DNA of 64,000 nucleotides from Barthelona sp. PAP020 (taxonomy: Eukaryota), in the NCBI GenBank assembly GCA_040182905.1, contig JARQWU010000010.1:1-64000 (forward strand), read 5' to 3'. Positions within the stretch are counted from its first letter, which is position 1, and each line of letters begins with the position of its first letter. Under the pieces are notes generated by a model. The model saw nothing but the letters and a program-made list of their open reading frames with translations, searched no databases and had not been told where the DNA came from. Below are positions 10,143 to 22,106 of the stretch, one piece after another. The translations under genes were made by a program, and so were the position numbers.

Positions 10143-13092
10143 TTATTGTTCCATGATGTTACTAATATTACTGTTCATTGATTTTTGTAAAGAGTTACCT
10201 AAATATTTGGTCAACAAATTGAGAGCTATTCCTACAAAATGTAAAATTGTTTGAATCTCATTACTTTGTGGATTATATTGGTTGTTGGCCTTCATTTCAT
10301 CCAATCTCAAGAGTTCAAATGAAACTTCAAGCTGTATTTCTTCCAATAATTCCGTCAACAAAGCATTCTTCATTTGTTGATCAATATTCAAATTGTTGAT
10401 TTCACCATACTTTTCAAGCATTTCATTCAACAACAATTTATTGGTTTGATTTCCACCATTAGATACTTCAAAATCAGATCCATTATTATGAATCAAAGAA
10501 TTAATCAAAGATTCGGAAGATTCTTCAATTGTGACTGAATCATCAATTTGATTCATGTTCAACCTTTGTGTTTTCATTGGAATCTCATTCATATTGACGA
10601 CAATTGGCTTTGAAAGGGCCAAATTGACACTAATAGGAGGTTGTTGAGAATTTAATCGTGATAACTCACTATATCTTCTGAAGAAATGGCTTCTCGTAAT
10701 CATTCCTTTTCCATCACCCTTTCTCCCAGAAAATCTGAATATTTCATCAGCAGCACGACCTTTTGAAATGCTTGGATTTTCGTTGGATAAAAATGACGGG
10801 GCTGGTGTTGTTGGAGTTATCGAGCGTTCTGCAAAACCGGCGGGAATGTTCATGATATTTGACACAGTTTCATTCTTTATAGGAGTAATAAGATTATCAC
10901 CAATTAACTCACTGGAGGGATTTGTTTCAATCATAGAATCAGTTGGTGATACACTAGGTGGAGGACTTGGAGAAGTTTGATTGTAAGAGCCCAATTCAAC
11001 ATCTTGCTCAATTGCACTTTCTTCCTCAACAATAACCTCATCTTCTTTGATAGAATTGGAAGAGGTTGGTTGTAAACTACCACTTGAAACATCAATTACA
11101 GTAACTACAGGGCGAGTACTGATAATATCAAAAATGATTGAAAAGACTACATTCAAATCAGTATATATAGTAACCACATCGATTAAAAAAGTATGATATT
11201 CATCAATATCTTTTTGATCAACGTTTGAATTATTTCTGTTTGAAAAACTGAGTTGAAAAGAAGAAGAAGGCCAATTTAATTCTCTGATGATTTTCACCAA
11301 AATCCTTTGAATTTGATCAAAAAGATCAAACAATGGTAATTTCTGTGCCTCTAAAGTTTGAAGTACTTGAGATAAATCTGAAGAATGAACATGATTCAAT
11401 TTCTCTTTCAATATAAGATCCAATGTGTTCATCAAATGGTGATAATCAATCATACCATTTGGCAAAACAATTGAACTGAGACTTATTTTGTTCAAATCAA
11501 TATGTGATGCACAACCTTCTTTTAATCTCAAAAATAACATTTCACTGTCCTGATTATACTGTGAAGTTATGTCAGAAGTGACATCTTCGGTTCTTAACAT
11601 GGGAATATCCAACAAAGGAAAATTCTCCAAAACTGAAGTCTTTGTGGGATATTTGTTCAAACAACTAGTTACTTTTTGTCTTTTTTGTAATGAAGACAAA
11701 GTAACAACGTCAAACATAATTTCCCAACTTTTACAATAATTCTGTATTTTTTGCCCCATTTTACTCACAGTACGGCCATAAACACCTCTCTTTCTGTAAA
11801 TACTAATTTGATTGCCAAATAACTTTGTGATATGATTTAAGAATTGTTCAACTGTCAAATATGGATCAATTGATGCGATCGTTTCACTAGATTCAGCATC
11901 TAAATCAAAAAGATCATACATATAACTCCATTGAGTAAAGTATGACTTTTTGCTTGCAACAGAAATTTGTTTCGGAAATAATGAAGGATCAATATCACCA
12001 CTACTCAACTGAACGTTGTTATCATCTTCTAAACTCAGTTGTTGAACAAACATATGTGGTGCTTCCATAAATTTTGGAAATATTTCTTTTATATCCTCAA
12101 TATAAACATCTGCTGGATCCATATTGGCAAAATGTGACGATAATTGATAGTCTTCCAAAGTCAATTGAGGAGGAACTTTAAATTTGACAGAATTAAGACT
12201 CAAATTTTTAAAACCATCACCCAATAACAATTTCTCTTGTCTATTTGTCTTTTTAATTTTTTTTTCCACTTCTTTCCAATCAATTAAACCATAATTATCT
12301 TCTGCTCTGCAAACCAACATAACTAACATTAAAAATTCAGATAAAAGCAAGGATTCACTGTGAAATTGAGAGGGGATAGAGTGAAAATACGTGTAAAATT
12401 GTCGAATACGAATTCTTTTGAATAATTCCAATCTATTATACGTCATTAAGCGAACCATTTCCATCTTATCTTCCCTTGAAAAAACTCTCTCTGTATCATA
12501 CACAAAAATAGGTTTATAAGTGATAATTAAAGATTCTAAGAGTTTTTGAGCGGATCTTTTCAATTTCTTTGCCATGTTAGAAAAAGGAGAATTCTTGGGA
12601 TTGAATAAAATTGCATTATCACACATCAATAGAACATCTTCACTGAATTTTTCAATCGATGGATATAATTCATATTCAACCTTCTTCTGTATGATATTCA
12701 TATCTATTGGTTGCTCAATTACCGAACAATATCCTTCAATATCATTTACATTTGCAGAAAACATCTGTAACTCTTTGTCCAAATCAACAAAACTATCACA
12801 AAATTTGGTAAAAAATTCAGTCATTGTAATTTCTTCAGCATTTGAAGAAGATATTGTTGCGGCTAAATTTCTTGCAGCCTCATCGTTCTTATTAACGGTG
12901 TCTTCAGCAATTGATAGTTTTTCCATATCATAATAAAGTTTCGCTAATTCACTCGAATGTGCACATTCTATACCATCAAGAATAAAAAAATTCCCTTCTC
13001 TGGGAATATCACTGGCAGAAATGTTACTGTTGTCTGATTGAAAAATCATATCAAACAACATCTCCATGACTTTCAATCCTATTTCCACATCT
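10143..13092 (-). CDS. Bromodomain-containing protein, 5' end truncated by assembly gap
   Basis: 'GYCSVIEQPIDMNII..Y..F..DVLLMCDNAILFN' bromodomain; frame is open up to the N run. Confidence 0.75.
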
Positions 13093-13346
13093 NNNNNNNN
13101 NNNNNNNNNNNNNNNNNNNNNNNNNNNNNNNNNNNNNNNNNNNNNNNNNNNNNNNNNNNNNNNNNNNNNNNNNNNNNNNNNNNNNNNNNNNNNNNNNNNN
13201 NNNNNNNNNNNNNNNNNNNNNNNNNNNNNNNNNNNNNNNNNNNNNNNNNNNNNNNNNNNNNNNNNNNNNNNNNNNNNNNNNNNNNNNNNNNNNNNNNNNN
13301 NNNNNNNNNNNNNNNNNNNNNNNNNNNNNNNNNNNNNNNNNNNNNN
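13093..13346. other. Assembly gap (254 N)
   Basis: N run. Confidence 1.
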
Positions 13347-13347
13347 A

Positions 13348-13488
13348 CCTTATGAAATAGCTCTTGGTGACAATGGTTTCTTTTGGCTTAAAAGTGATGT
13401 TTTAGACAACACCATTCTGTTAAAAAGATTGTTAGAAAAATCTTTAACAATGACTGATGCAGAAATTGAAGGTCAATTGGCGGGGTGA
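13348..13488 (+). CDS. RRP40: 3' fragment of exosome cap subunit Rrp40 (KH domain)
   Basis: 'PYEIALGDNGFFWLKS' resembles the Rrp40 'FEIAVGMNGRVW' motif; 5' part lost in the gap. Confidence 0.65.
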   Translation, partial: PYEIALGDNGFFWLKSDVLDNTILLKRLLEKSLTMTDAEIEGQLAG

Positions 13489-13591
13489 TATAAATTGTTA
13501 GTAGTTTTCCATTTTAATTTCTACTAAGTTTTCAAAGCAACCTACTACCTAAACTAAATAAATATTTCAATTACTTGTGTATGTCATAATA

Positions 13592-16168
13592 ATGAAAAAG
13601 AAATATGAAAGAAGGATGTCCTTTTTAATGAGAATAAATAGGAGAGAATTGAAGGACATGATTCGAAGAGATGAACAATTATTGAAATATATGTTGACCA
13701 TTGATTGGAATATAATACAGGAAGTTACTTGTTTATTTTTGACGTTTTTTGGTGTGCTGTTTGTGAAAAAACTTCCATTTTGTTGGTTTTCTGGAATTTT
13801 TTTTCTTTTATGTTTTGCTCATAGTTGTGGCAGATACAATATATTTATTAAGTATTTAACGAAATTTTTGTTTTTAATAAGTTTTTGGAGAATATCTGGA
13901 ATCATTTCTGAAGAGAATGTTGAGACAATAATTTTTTTATCAATAACAATGCTTCATCATTCACAATTTTATGAGAAATTTCAAGAAATAGTAGTTTTCA
14001 ATATTTGGATTTTTTTTCAATATATTTTTTTTAATGATGATTATTGTATCGATTTTTTCCGTTTAATAATATCTATTAATATAGTATTTTATGTGCTTAT
14101 TCATTTTTTTCGAATGAAAGAAGTTTATGGTGGAGAAGTTCGTAATTTATCTGTAAAAAGTTTTTATCACGCTTCGAAGTTATTTCAACCCATCAAAAAT
14201 ATTGAAACAATTTCAATATTACCCATAAATAAATTGGGTATTTTAATAAGTTTTCGTGATGGACCTATTGAAAGTGTATCCAAGCTACTTCAAATGCTTT
14301 TTCTGAATATTTTGGATTTTGATACGTATCAGATATATTCCTGTGATTCTGGATTGCTTCTATTAAGTTTTGATTTGTTGAGTGTAATAAGAACTGTGGA
14401 AAAATGTTTCAATCTATTTCGACAATTCCCATCAATCATTGGGTTTATTATGATTGTTAAAGGAACATTTGTTAAGGGACATGTTGGACGATTTTTTCCT
14501 TCAACTTTGAATGGACAAATGACTTTAGAAATACGAAAGACTTTGACAGAATGTGACAGTAAATTTGATCATACTGTGATTATTATTGATAACAATGTAT
14601 TGTTAATGCATCAATTAAGTGAAAATATTCGAGACAAATTACATAAATTGAAAGATTCTATATATTTGGTACGACGGAAATGTTTCACCAATTCTCAACT
14701 TTGTATCAAAAAGTTTGATGAATTTTTTGGTGATAACGAAGATTTTTATTGCCAAAATTTAGCCAACAGTGGAAAAGAACGAGAAATTGATGAAATTAGT
14801 CTATTAACGCATTTACAATCCAAAAGACCTTCTTTTTCGATTTTACCAGATCAATTTATTACCTTTGAAAAGACTTCAGGTCGAATTAGTAGTAATACTG
14901 GTTTAATTTTACTAAATGTTGAAAAAGATGAAAAAAAATTGGCTAAATCAAGGAAAGTTTCAATTAATCCAAAAGAAATCTTTGAAAATTTCGCCGCTCT
15001 AAAAAAGAACATATTAATGTGTCGAGATCATTGTCCTTTGCCAAGAGCTTGGCAATTTTTAATAATCTTTATCTTTTTTACAGATTGTAACTTTTATATT
15101 GGACTTGTATTGTTGTTATTACTTTTTTTTGTTGAATTTTCTAATAGAATATCGATCTTTAGCATTGTTTTACAATGTTGGGTTGTATTTATTTTATGTA
15201 TTTATTTATTTGTATTGGAAAGAACATTATTCAATATGTTATTGGTTACTGTGATAATCTTTGGTCAATATGCACATAAAAACAGTATCATTCCAACAAT
15301 TTTTACGGTAACTGTTCAATTTCTGTATTTTTGTTTAAGTCTATTGATTGTACAAAAAAATTTGGGAGCTTGTGTCTTCTTATTACATTTGATTTCTCAT
15401 TCAATTCCATTAGTATTGTTAAAGAATGAAGTGGTCAGTAAAAATAACAAAACATTAAAATATTTGGAAAATGTTAAATATTTTTATCCAAACGAATTAC
15501 TCAGGAATCCAAACACTATCACCAATAACATCTTTATAAAATATTTGGAAGAATCCTATTATTGTTTCTTAAGAATCAACACCAAAACTTCAAATTTCAC
15601 AAATCAAAATGAAAGTGATGAAAATGATGAAGTCAAAGCAAAGAAATATTATGAAAAGAAATTCAAAGGCATAAAAAAAATTCAAAATAATTTATATCAT
15701 TTATTTAAAGAGATGAATATTGAAGATTTCTACTTTTCTTCTTCTTTTATTTTTTTTAATCTCAAAAATTTGAAAAATTTAAATGAATTAACGGAATTAT
15801 TCGAGAAAATTAATCTTATTTGTTTAAAGAATAGCAATAAAAAAATGCAAAGACAATTTGTCTCTTCCATTTTTTTTGATTCCCTTTTAATTTTTATCAA
15901 TTTCAAAAAGAAAGCTTTAGAAATGGTTTATTCTCCAGTTTTAAATTCAATCAAACAAAACACTCATAATTTAAAACATTCTCAAATTCTTATAGATAAA
16001 TCTTGTTTTGATAATTTATTGAGTGATGATTATTTCTTAAACAATTCAGAGAACTTTGAGGATTCAATTTCAAAAACACCTGTAGAAGAAGATTCAATCA
16101 TTCTTAATTCATCAAAAGAATTTGAAAATCTTCTTCATCTTTTTAGTTCCATTTTTTCATCTACCTAA
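13592..16168 (+). CDS. Polytopic membrane protein with TM-cyclase-TM-cyclase layout; degenerate class III nucleotidyl cyclase-like
   Basis: Two hydrophobic TM clusters, each followed by a region echoing cyclase motifs ('KGTFVKGHVGRFFP', 'HSQILIDKSCFDNL'); catalytic motifs eroded. Confidence 0.5.
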   Translation: MKKKYERRMSFLMRINRRELKDMIRRDEQLLKYMLTIDWNIIQEVTCLFLTFFGVLFVKKLPFCWFSGIFFLLCFAHSCGRYNIFIKYLTKFLFLISFWRISGIISEENVETIIFLSITMLHHSQFYEKFQEIVVFNIWIFFQYIFFNDDYCIDFFRLIISINIVFYVLIHFFRMKEVYGGEVRNLSVKSFYHASKLFQPIKNIETISILPINKLGILISFRDGPIESVSKLLQMLFLNILDFDTYQIYSCDSGLLLLSFDLLSVIRTVEKCFNLFRQFPSIIGFIMIVKGTFVKGHVGRFFPSTLNGQMTLEIRKTLTECDSKFDHTVIIIDNNVLLMHQLSENIRDKLHKLKDSIYLVRRKCFTNSQLCIKKFDEFFGDNEDFYCQNLANSGKEREIDEISLLTHLQSKRPSFSILPDQFITFEKTSGRISSNTGLILLNVEKDEKKLAKSRKVSINPKEIFENFAALKKNILMCRDHCPLPRAWQFLIIFIFFTDCNFYIGLVLLLLLFFVEFSNRISIFSIVLQCWVVFILCIYLFVLERTLFNMLLVTVIIFGQYAHKNSIIPTIFTVTVQFLYFCLSLLIVQKNLGACVFLLHLISHSIPLVLLKNEVVSKNNKTLKYLENVKYFYPNELLRNPNTITNNIFIKYLEESYYCFLRINTKTSNFTNQNESDENDEVKAKKYYEKKFKGIKKIQNNLYHLFKEMNIEDFYFSSSFIFFNLKNLKNLNELTELFEKINLICLKNSNKKMQRQFVSSIFFDSLLIFINFKKKALEMVYSPVLNSIKQNTHNLKHSQILIDKSCFDNLLSDDYFLNNSENFEDSISKTPVEEDSIILNSSKEFENLLHLFSSIFSST

Positions 16169-16224
16169 ATTTTGTTTCATAAAAAAATACTGCATATTTT
16201 GCTCTTTTTTTTTTTTTCTACAAA

Positions 16225-16773
16225 ATGAGTTCTTTTGAACAATGCAATGACAATGATACCCAAAATATATCTTCCTCATTCGCAAATATCAATCCTTCAA
16301 ATACTCCTAATTCAACAAATGTTTATGTTTCCAGAAAAAACGATAATGATGTGAATAATTTATATAAAATCACTGATGAAACACAATTACAAAACTCTTC
16401 ATTTGAAGAAAATGTATTTACTCCTTTATCTACCAAACCTTTGTTTGTTGACCATATTAGTGGTCCAATCATTTCTTTAGGTGATCTATCTTTTGTTCAA
16501 AGATTTTGTATCCCTTCTGTTGTGAAAGAGAACAATGAAATAACTTTCACTTTGCCAATGCCAGGTTTGGAATCAAATGATTTTTCTTTAATTATTGAGA
16601 ACAATTTTTTATGGTTGAAAATTCGTTCTGAATTGCTACCTTTGGCTAATTTTGAAATTTTGTCACCAGAAGACATAAATTGCAGTTATATAAATGGAAT
16701 TTTTGTTGTGCATGTGTCATTATCCATGGAAAATCCCATTCAAAGAGTTGAAATCCCAATAAAGAATAACTAA
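16225..16773 (+). CDS. Small heat-shock (alpha-crystallin/HSP20-like) protein, divergent
   Basis: 'LPMPGLESNDFSLIIENNFL', 'PEDINCSYINGIFVVHV', C-terminal 'VEIPI' motif. Confidence 0.65.
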   Translation: MSSFEQCNDNDTQNISSSFANINPSNTPNSTNVYVSRKNDNDVNNLYKITDETQLQNSSFEENVFTPLSTKPLFVDHISGPIISLGDLSFVQRFCIPSVVKENNEITFTLPMPGLESNDFSLIIENNFLWLKIRSELLPLANFEILSPEDINCSYINGIFVVHVSLSMENPIQRVEIPIKNN

Positions 16774-16982
16774 AGTTTGTAAAAGAACTTTTTGCTAATT
16801 ATGTTGTGAGTTAAGTTAGAAAGTATGATGTACATGACAAATAACAATGATAATATCCACATAACAACTTTATGATACTCTTTCAAATTCCAATATGACA
16901 AAAGAATAGGAATAAATCTTGTAAATTTGTGAAACAGTGTTTTTTTAAATAATTAGAAATAATTTTGAATAACAATACCGAT

Positions 16983-18722
16983 ATGACACTTGAAAAGGTT
17001 GATATTAGTATCAAACCAATAACAACAAGACCGATACAATTATGTTTGATATCAAAATTAGTTGGATTAGAAATTGATTCAACTGAAAAAATTCAAACCG
17101 TAATATTTTGCCAACAAGAGTTTATAATACAAATTAAAAGCAATATTCTTGGTTCGATTGGATTTTCCACTGAAATAAATATTGTCGACAGTTCTTTATA
17201 CACCATTGATAAACCAAAAACGAAGTACATCAATGAAAAGGCTATTAATGAGTTAAAAGAGGTGTTAAATTTCTGTTTTAATGAAAATTTACCTGAAAAT
17301 ATAAATTTACCAAAAGGAATATTGATAAAAGGAGCTCCTGGTAGTGGAAAGACCCATTTGGTACGAAGTGTTTTACACGAATCCCAATATAATGTTATTA
17401 AAATTACTTCGGAAGATTTTTCCCAAATTGTTGGGATGACTGAAAAAAAACTCAAAACTAAATTCACGTTAGCTGAAAAAATGACTCCATCTGTTATCCT
17501 TTTTGAGAATGCGGATTTGTTCCTTAAAAACTCAGACAGTGATTTAGACCGGAAAATCATCAATATTTTTGTTAATTTACTTGACCAAATAAATGGTAGG
17601 GTAGTTGTTATAGGGACCATAACAGAATCAATAAATAATCAATTGCTGTCATCGGGTAGATTTGAAAGAACTGTTTTGCTTACAAGTCCTGATATGGATG
17701 AAGTTGAACAAATTATTGAATCTTTGTGTTCAAAATATCCTTATGCTTTTAATATAGAAGATGTTTCTCAGTTATGTCATGGATTTTGGGGATGTGACGT
17801 TGTGAAGCTTGTTAGGCATGCACAATTATTGGCAAATGGCTCGATGTTAACTTATGAACACTTTAAACAGGCAAGAAGGTTTGTTATTCCTTCAGCTTTA
17901 AATGAAGTTCATGTTGAGGTTCCATGTGTTACTTGGACTGATATTGGTGGATACGAATATGTGAAACAAATGCTCAAAGAAATGGTTGAGTGGCCATTGA
18001 CTCGAAAAAAAGAGATGGAAAAATTTGGAATCAATGCCCCAAGTGGTCTTTTGCTGTATGGTCCACCTGGTTGCTCAAAAACAATGATGGCTAAAGCATT
18101 AGCGACAGAAAGTAAATTCAATTTTATTGCTGTTAAAGGTGCTGAAGTATTTTCCAAATGGGTTGGAGAAAGTGAGAGGAAAATACGTGAAATTTTTACA
18201 AGAGCTCGTGCTGCTTCACCTTGTGTAATCTTTTTTGATGAGATTGATGCTTTGGCTGTTTCAAGAGATTCTCATTCAACTGGTGTTGGAGCACGTGTTC
18301 TTTCACAACTCTTAAATGAAATGGATGGAGTTGAAGAATCCAGTATGATTGTTGTTGTTGCAGCGACAAATCGACCAGATATCTTAGACTCTGCATTGAC
18401 AAGACCTGGAAGATTAGACAGATTGGTTTATGTTTCTTTACCAGATAAACCCGCGCGAAAAGCTATTTTTTCAATTAAAACAAGAAAAATGCCGCTGGAT
18501 AAAAATGTTTTCATTGATGAACTCAGTGATTTGACGGATGGTTACACAGGTGCTGAGATTCAAGCAATTTGTCAAGAAGCTGCTCTTATTGCAATGCGTC
18601 AATCATTAGATATTGAAACAATTACTCTCCAACATTTTCAAGAGGCTTTGGATGTGGTTAAACCAGCCATCACAAAGAAAACTTGTGAATTTTATGAAGA
18701 TTTCAGGCTTGGCAAAATGTGA
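16983..18722 (+). CDS. AFG2: Double AAA+ ATPase, Drg1/AFG2/SPATA5 family
   Basis: D1 'GAPGSGKT'; D2 'YGPPGCSKT', 'FFDEID', 'ATNRPD..D.AL.RPGRLD'; start codon uncertain. Confidence 0.85.
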   Translation: MTLEKVDISIKPITTRPIQLCLISKLVGLEIDSTEKIQTVIFCQQEFIIQIKSNILGSIGFSTEINIVDSSLYTIDKPKTKYINEKAINELKEVLNFCFNENLPENINLPKGILIKGAPGSGKTHLVRSVLHESQYNVIKITSEDFSQIVGMTEKKLKTKFTLAEKMTPSVILFENADLFLKNSDSDLDRKIINIFVNLLDQINGRVVVIGTITESINNQLLSSGRFERTVLLTSPDMDEVEQIIESLCSKYPYAFNIEDVSQLCHGFWGCDVVKLVRHAQLLANGSMLTYEHFKQARRFVIPSALNEVHVEVPCVTWTDIGGYEYVKQMLKEMVEWPLTRKKEMEKFGINAPSGLLLYGPPGCSKTMMAKALATESKFNFIAVKGAEVFSKWVGESERKIREIFTRARAASPCVIFFDEIDALAVSRDSHSTGVGARVLSQLLNEMDGVEESSMIVVVAATNRPDILDSALTRPGRLDRLVYVSLPDKPARKAIFSIKTRKMPLDKNVFIDELSDLTDGYTGAEIQAICQEAALIAMRQSLDIETITLQHFQEALDVVKPAITKKTCEFYEDFRLGKM

Positions 18723-18830
18723 AAATATAGCTAAAACAATAAATTTATTTTATTTTTTTATTCGCAAAATTTAAAAATATTGAGGGGATTTTGACTTTTG
18801 AAGACTAATGTTTAAAATATAACTTCAAAC

Positions 18831-19907
18831 TTATTCAAGTTTTGGTTCTTTTTTCTTGTTACTTTTGTCTTTAGATTTTTTTGATTTTGATTTTGCCTTG
18901 GTGTCCTTTGATTTAGATGCCTTTGACTTAGAGCCACTGCTCTTCTTATCTGCCAAAGAATTGATCAAATCATCTGCATCTCCAACTTCATGTTTAGTTT
19001 TTTGTTTTTCCATCAAAGAAGCATTTCTAACACGTTCAGCCTCCTCATTTAAAACGTATTTTTGTTCTTTCTCTTTCTTTCTTTCAAGACTCGTTGTTTC
19101 CATTTTTTTATCTCTGTTTTCTTTTTCTCTTTGTTTTTTAACCTTGTCACTCAACCAATATTCACCAGTTTCCATTTGAAGATCTTCTTTACGAGGCAAA
19201 TTAGGAACAGGAAAGGGGGTATATTCTTTTTTCTTTCTATCAATACGTTTTCTTCTGATATGTGAAGACCTTTTCTTAAAATTAGGTAAAAATCTGGTCC
19301 AATCAGCATTAGCAAGCTTTGGATCCTTTGCTAGTTCATTCTTTATCATCATCTCTTCAATTTGATACACAGGATGAACGTTATTCATGCAATCAATAAC
19401 TATATCTCTAACTATTTGCAGTCCGTTTGTATCTCCAATAGCACAAACAGTACCTCCTTGAACCAAGATATAACAACCAGACACGGCTTCAATAGCTTTT
19501 AAAGTGGTACCATTTGAACCAATTAAACGTTGTCTTCTCTTTATGTATCTTTCTCTATTTTTAACCAATCCTTTAATTTTGATCACATCACAAAACGTAT
19601 CTTCATCAAAAACTCGTTTTGCTTGATCATAAGGAACAGATCTGGCCAATAATTTAATCATATCTCTGGCTTGAATGATAGCACAAGGATCAAATGTCTC
19701 TCTTGTTGTTGAAACAGTGATTGAACCTTCAACAAGATCGAGTATTCCTTTAATTCCGTGATATTTAAATAAATCGGTACATTTTCCCCAAATTTCTCTC
19801 AAATACGATTCTCGATATTGAGGAAATAATGTTGCATAACTAGTTTCTTCAGATAATGGTCCTTTCATTTCACCTTTTTGCAAAGGAGCACTCCAATTTT
19901 CTGTCAT
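18831..19907 (-). CDS. KRR1: SSU processome KH-domain protein Krr1
   Basis: 'EETSYATLFPQYRESYL', 'ARDMIKLLARSVP', 'KRRQRLIGSNG', 'KEYTPFP'. Confidence 0.95.
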   Translation of the reverse strand: MTENWSAPLQKGEMKGPLSEETSYATLFPQYRESYLREIWGKCTDLFKYHGIKGILDLVEGSITVSTTRETFDPCAIIQARDMIKLLARSVPYDQAKRVFDEDTFCDVIKIKGLVKNRERYIKRRQRLIGSNGTTLKAIEAVSGCYILVQGGTVCAIGDTNGLQIVRDIVIDCMNNVHPVYQIEEMMIKNELAKDPKLANADWTRFLPNFKKRSSHIRRKRIDRKKKEYTPFPVPNLPRKEDLQMETGEYWLSDKVKKQREKENRDKKMETTSLERKKEKEQKYVLNEEAERVRNASLMEKQKTKHEVGDADDLINSLADKKSSGSKSKASKSKDTKAKSKSKKSKDKSNKKKEPKLE

Positions 19908-20085
19908 TTGACTGTTATTCTGAGATTAATAAAAAAAAAAATATAATGCATTCACATTTTTCTATTCAATGAATGAACCATGTTGATTTTTTATTTATTC
20001 CAGAATATTAAAAAATAAATGAATATAATTCTCCACATTTCATCAAAGGGAAAAAAAGAAAACATTTGTTTAGGTCTTAAATAAT

Positions 20086-21987
20086 TTATGTGGTCTTATT
20101 AATATAAGTCTTAAAATCAATAAAACTAGTTTTAGGTACCTGTTTTTGCTGTTGTTTATGTTGTTTATGTACATGTTTTGAATATTTTGAATATTTTGGG
20201 ATAATGGGACTTGTTGAACCACTGTGAAAAGTTCTTTCATTTCTATTTGATAGATCAACATATTTATTTTTGATTTCCAAAGATTTTACAAAAGAATCAC
20301 TTCTTTTTAATTCTGCCGAATCAGCCCTCAAAATTTCATCCATCATATTGGAAGTAAGGGAATTTGCCAAAGATTTTGATTTAATTTTACGATTCTCTTC
20401 ATCAAATGAAAAATCGAATGTTGAATTTGAAGATACTGGAATTTTTTCTTGAGTTTCATCGCTTTTATTTATGGAATTGACAATATCATCAATATACATT
20501 GAATCCGGAACAGTATATTCCGATTTGCACCTGCAAAAAGAAATGTACCAATCATCATAGAGTTTGTTAGCCTCTTCAGGCTGTAAAATTGGAGAATAAT
20601 TCAAAAAAATAAACTCTAAATCACCAATGCTGGAAGGATCCAATAACAGAATTTCAACAAGGTTTGGTGTGTTTTCTACATCTCTTAAACGTCCATAAAC
20701 CAATTCAAATGATTGATAACTGAAAGCACAAAGATTAGATACAGCTAGAAGACAGCTTATTTTGACTAAAATTCGGGAAGACTTTGATAAGATAGTCAAA
20801 ATGACCTCCACAATATTAACTTCCTCAAAAAATGCAATTTTTGCTCGAGAACACTTTATTATATATTCAGCGAATAGTGATAAATAACTGCAAACTCTTT
20901 CTATTTCAATAAACTCATTATTCATCGTCGAATCATCACCTCCACCAAACAAATCCTGAGAAAAATCTATATTAATCTCAAAGGCAGATCTGGGAACAGG
21001 TTTAATTATTTCTAACCCATATTCATCAAAATGAATTGAGGCATTATCATCAAGATCGAAAACAGTCTCTTCTGTCGAAGAAAGGTCACTATCAGCATTC
21101 TGTTTAAAATCTTGAGTTGAAAAATTCTCAAAAATTTCAAAAAATAATGTAACAATCTTCTTTTCATCTTGAAGAATATTGGACATTTTCAACAGCAAAT
21201 CACTCAAGGGCTTAAAAAATTCGATCGATAAAGGAGGTAAATTTGAAAAAATGCTGAAAATTTCATCTTCAAATTTTGCCAAACATTCATCAGAATAATT
21301 AAATAGTAATTCATATATAAACAATTGACTACTTGAAGGTATATTCTCATTAATAACACACAAAATAAGCTCCTTCGGTGATTGAAAAAAAGTGAGATGC
21401 TCAAACACACTCAATAACAATTTCCGGATAGAAGGATGAAAACCTTCCTTTATTATATCCAAAAGATTCACAAAAAGAAACTCTTTAACTATTTCCAAAT
21501 AGGTGAAATTGTCAACAAAAATTGAAACAATTAATAAGCTTTCATTCAAAACATGGGGAGGTTTCATAGTTGATAAACAGTCATTTAAACATATTAATCC
21601 ACCGCTTTCAACAAAAAGATATTCCAATTCAGGAAAATTTGTTAAAAATAATCTGATTATCCTTAAAACTAAATACTGGCTGTCATCATTTAAATTTACC
21701 AGTTGTAATCTGTAAAAACTATTGATTCGAATGAATATTAATTCATAACAATCCATATAATCATTAATTAACTCATCATTTCTAAAAAGCTTCTCGGTTT
21801 TATCATATTTGCATCGTAAACATTGTAAGATTCTTAAATGTCGTCTTGTGTTTGCTTTATTCCAACTGTTTAAGGTGTCTTTTGCTTTAAAATTCTTTTT
21901 CAAATTTGCCAATTCAAAAACATCTTTCGTTATCCCATGTACCTTGGTTTTTTCTATAGGTGGTAACCATAACGTGTTATTACTCAT
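20086..21987 (-). CDS. Hypothetical helical-repeat (ARM/HEAT-like) protein
   Basis: 633-aa ORF with amphipathic helical pattern; 'FVESGGLICL' resembles an ARM repeat. Confidence 0.6.
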   Translation of the reverse strand: MSNNTLWLPPIEKTKVHGITKDVFELANLKKNFKAKDTLNSWNKANTRRHLRILQCLRCKYDKTEKLFRNDELINDYMDCYELIFIRINSFYRLQLVNLNDDSQYLVLRIIRLFLTNFPELEYLFVESGGLICLNDCLSTMKPPHVLNESLLIVSIFVDNFTYLEIVKEFLFVNLLDIIKEGFHPSIRKLLLSVFEHLTFFQSPKELILCVINENIPSSSQLFIYELLFNYSDECLAKFEDEIFSIFSNLPPLSIEFFKPLSDLLLKMSNILQDEKKIVTLFFEIFENFSTQDFKQNADSDLSSTEETVFDLDDNASIHFDEYGLEIIKPVPRSAFEINIDFSQDLFGGGDDSTMNNEFIEIERVCSYLSLFAEYIIKCSRAKIAFFEEVNIVEVILTILSKSSRILVKISCLLAVSNLCAFSYQSFELVYGRLRDVENTPNLVEILLLDPSSIGDLEFIFLNYSPILQPEEANKLYDDWYISFCRCKSEYTVPDSMYIDDIVNSINKSDETQEKIPVSSNSTFDFSFDEENRKIKSKSLANSLTSNMMDEILRADSAELKRSDSFVKSLEIKNKYVDLSNRNERTFHSGSTSPIIPKYSKYSKHVHKQHKQQQKQVPKTSFIDFKTYINKTT

Positions 21988-22106
21988 AATTAGACTAAAT
22001 TATCCTTGATTTTTCAAAATTCTCAACGAAAAATAAAATTTGAATTTTTTTACATCAGTAAATACAAAAAGCATTTTTTTTCTCAAAAAAACTTCTGCTA
22101 TACAGA

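Noticed and set aside
16921..16956. GT...AG 36-nt segment upstream of the AFG2-like gene as a possible intron
   Set aside because: It lacks the CTAAY branch point, and splicing creates an in-frame TAA at the junction.
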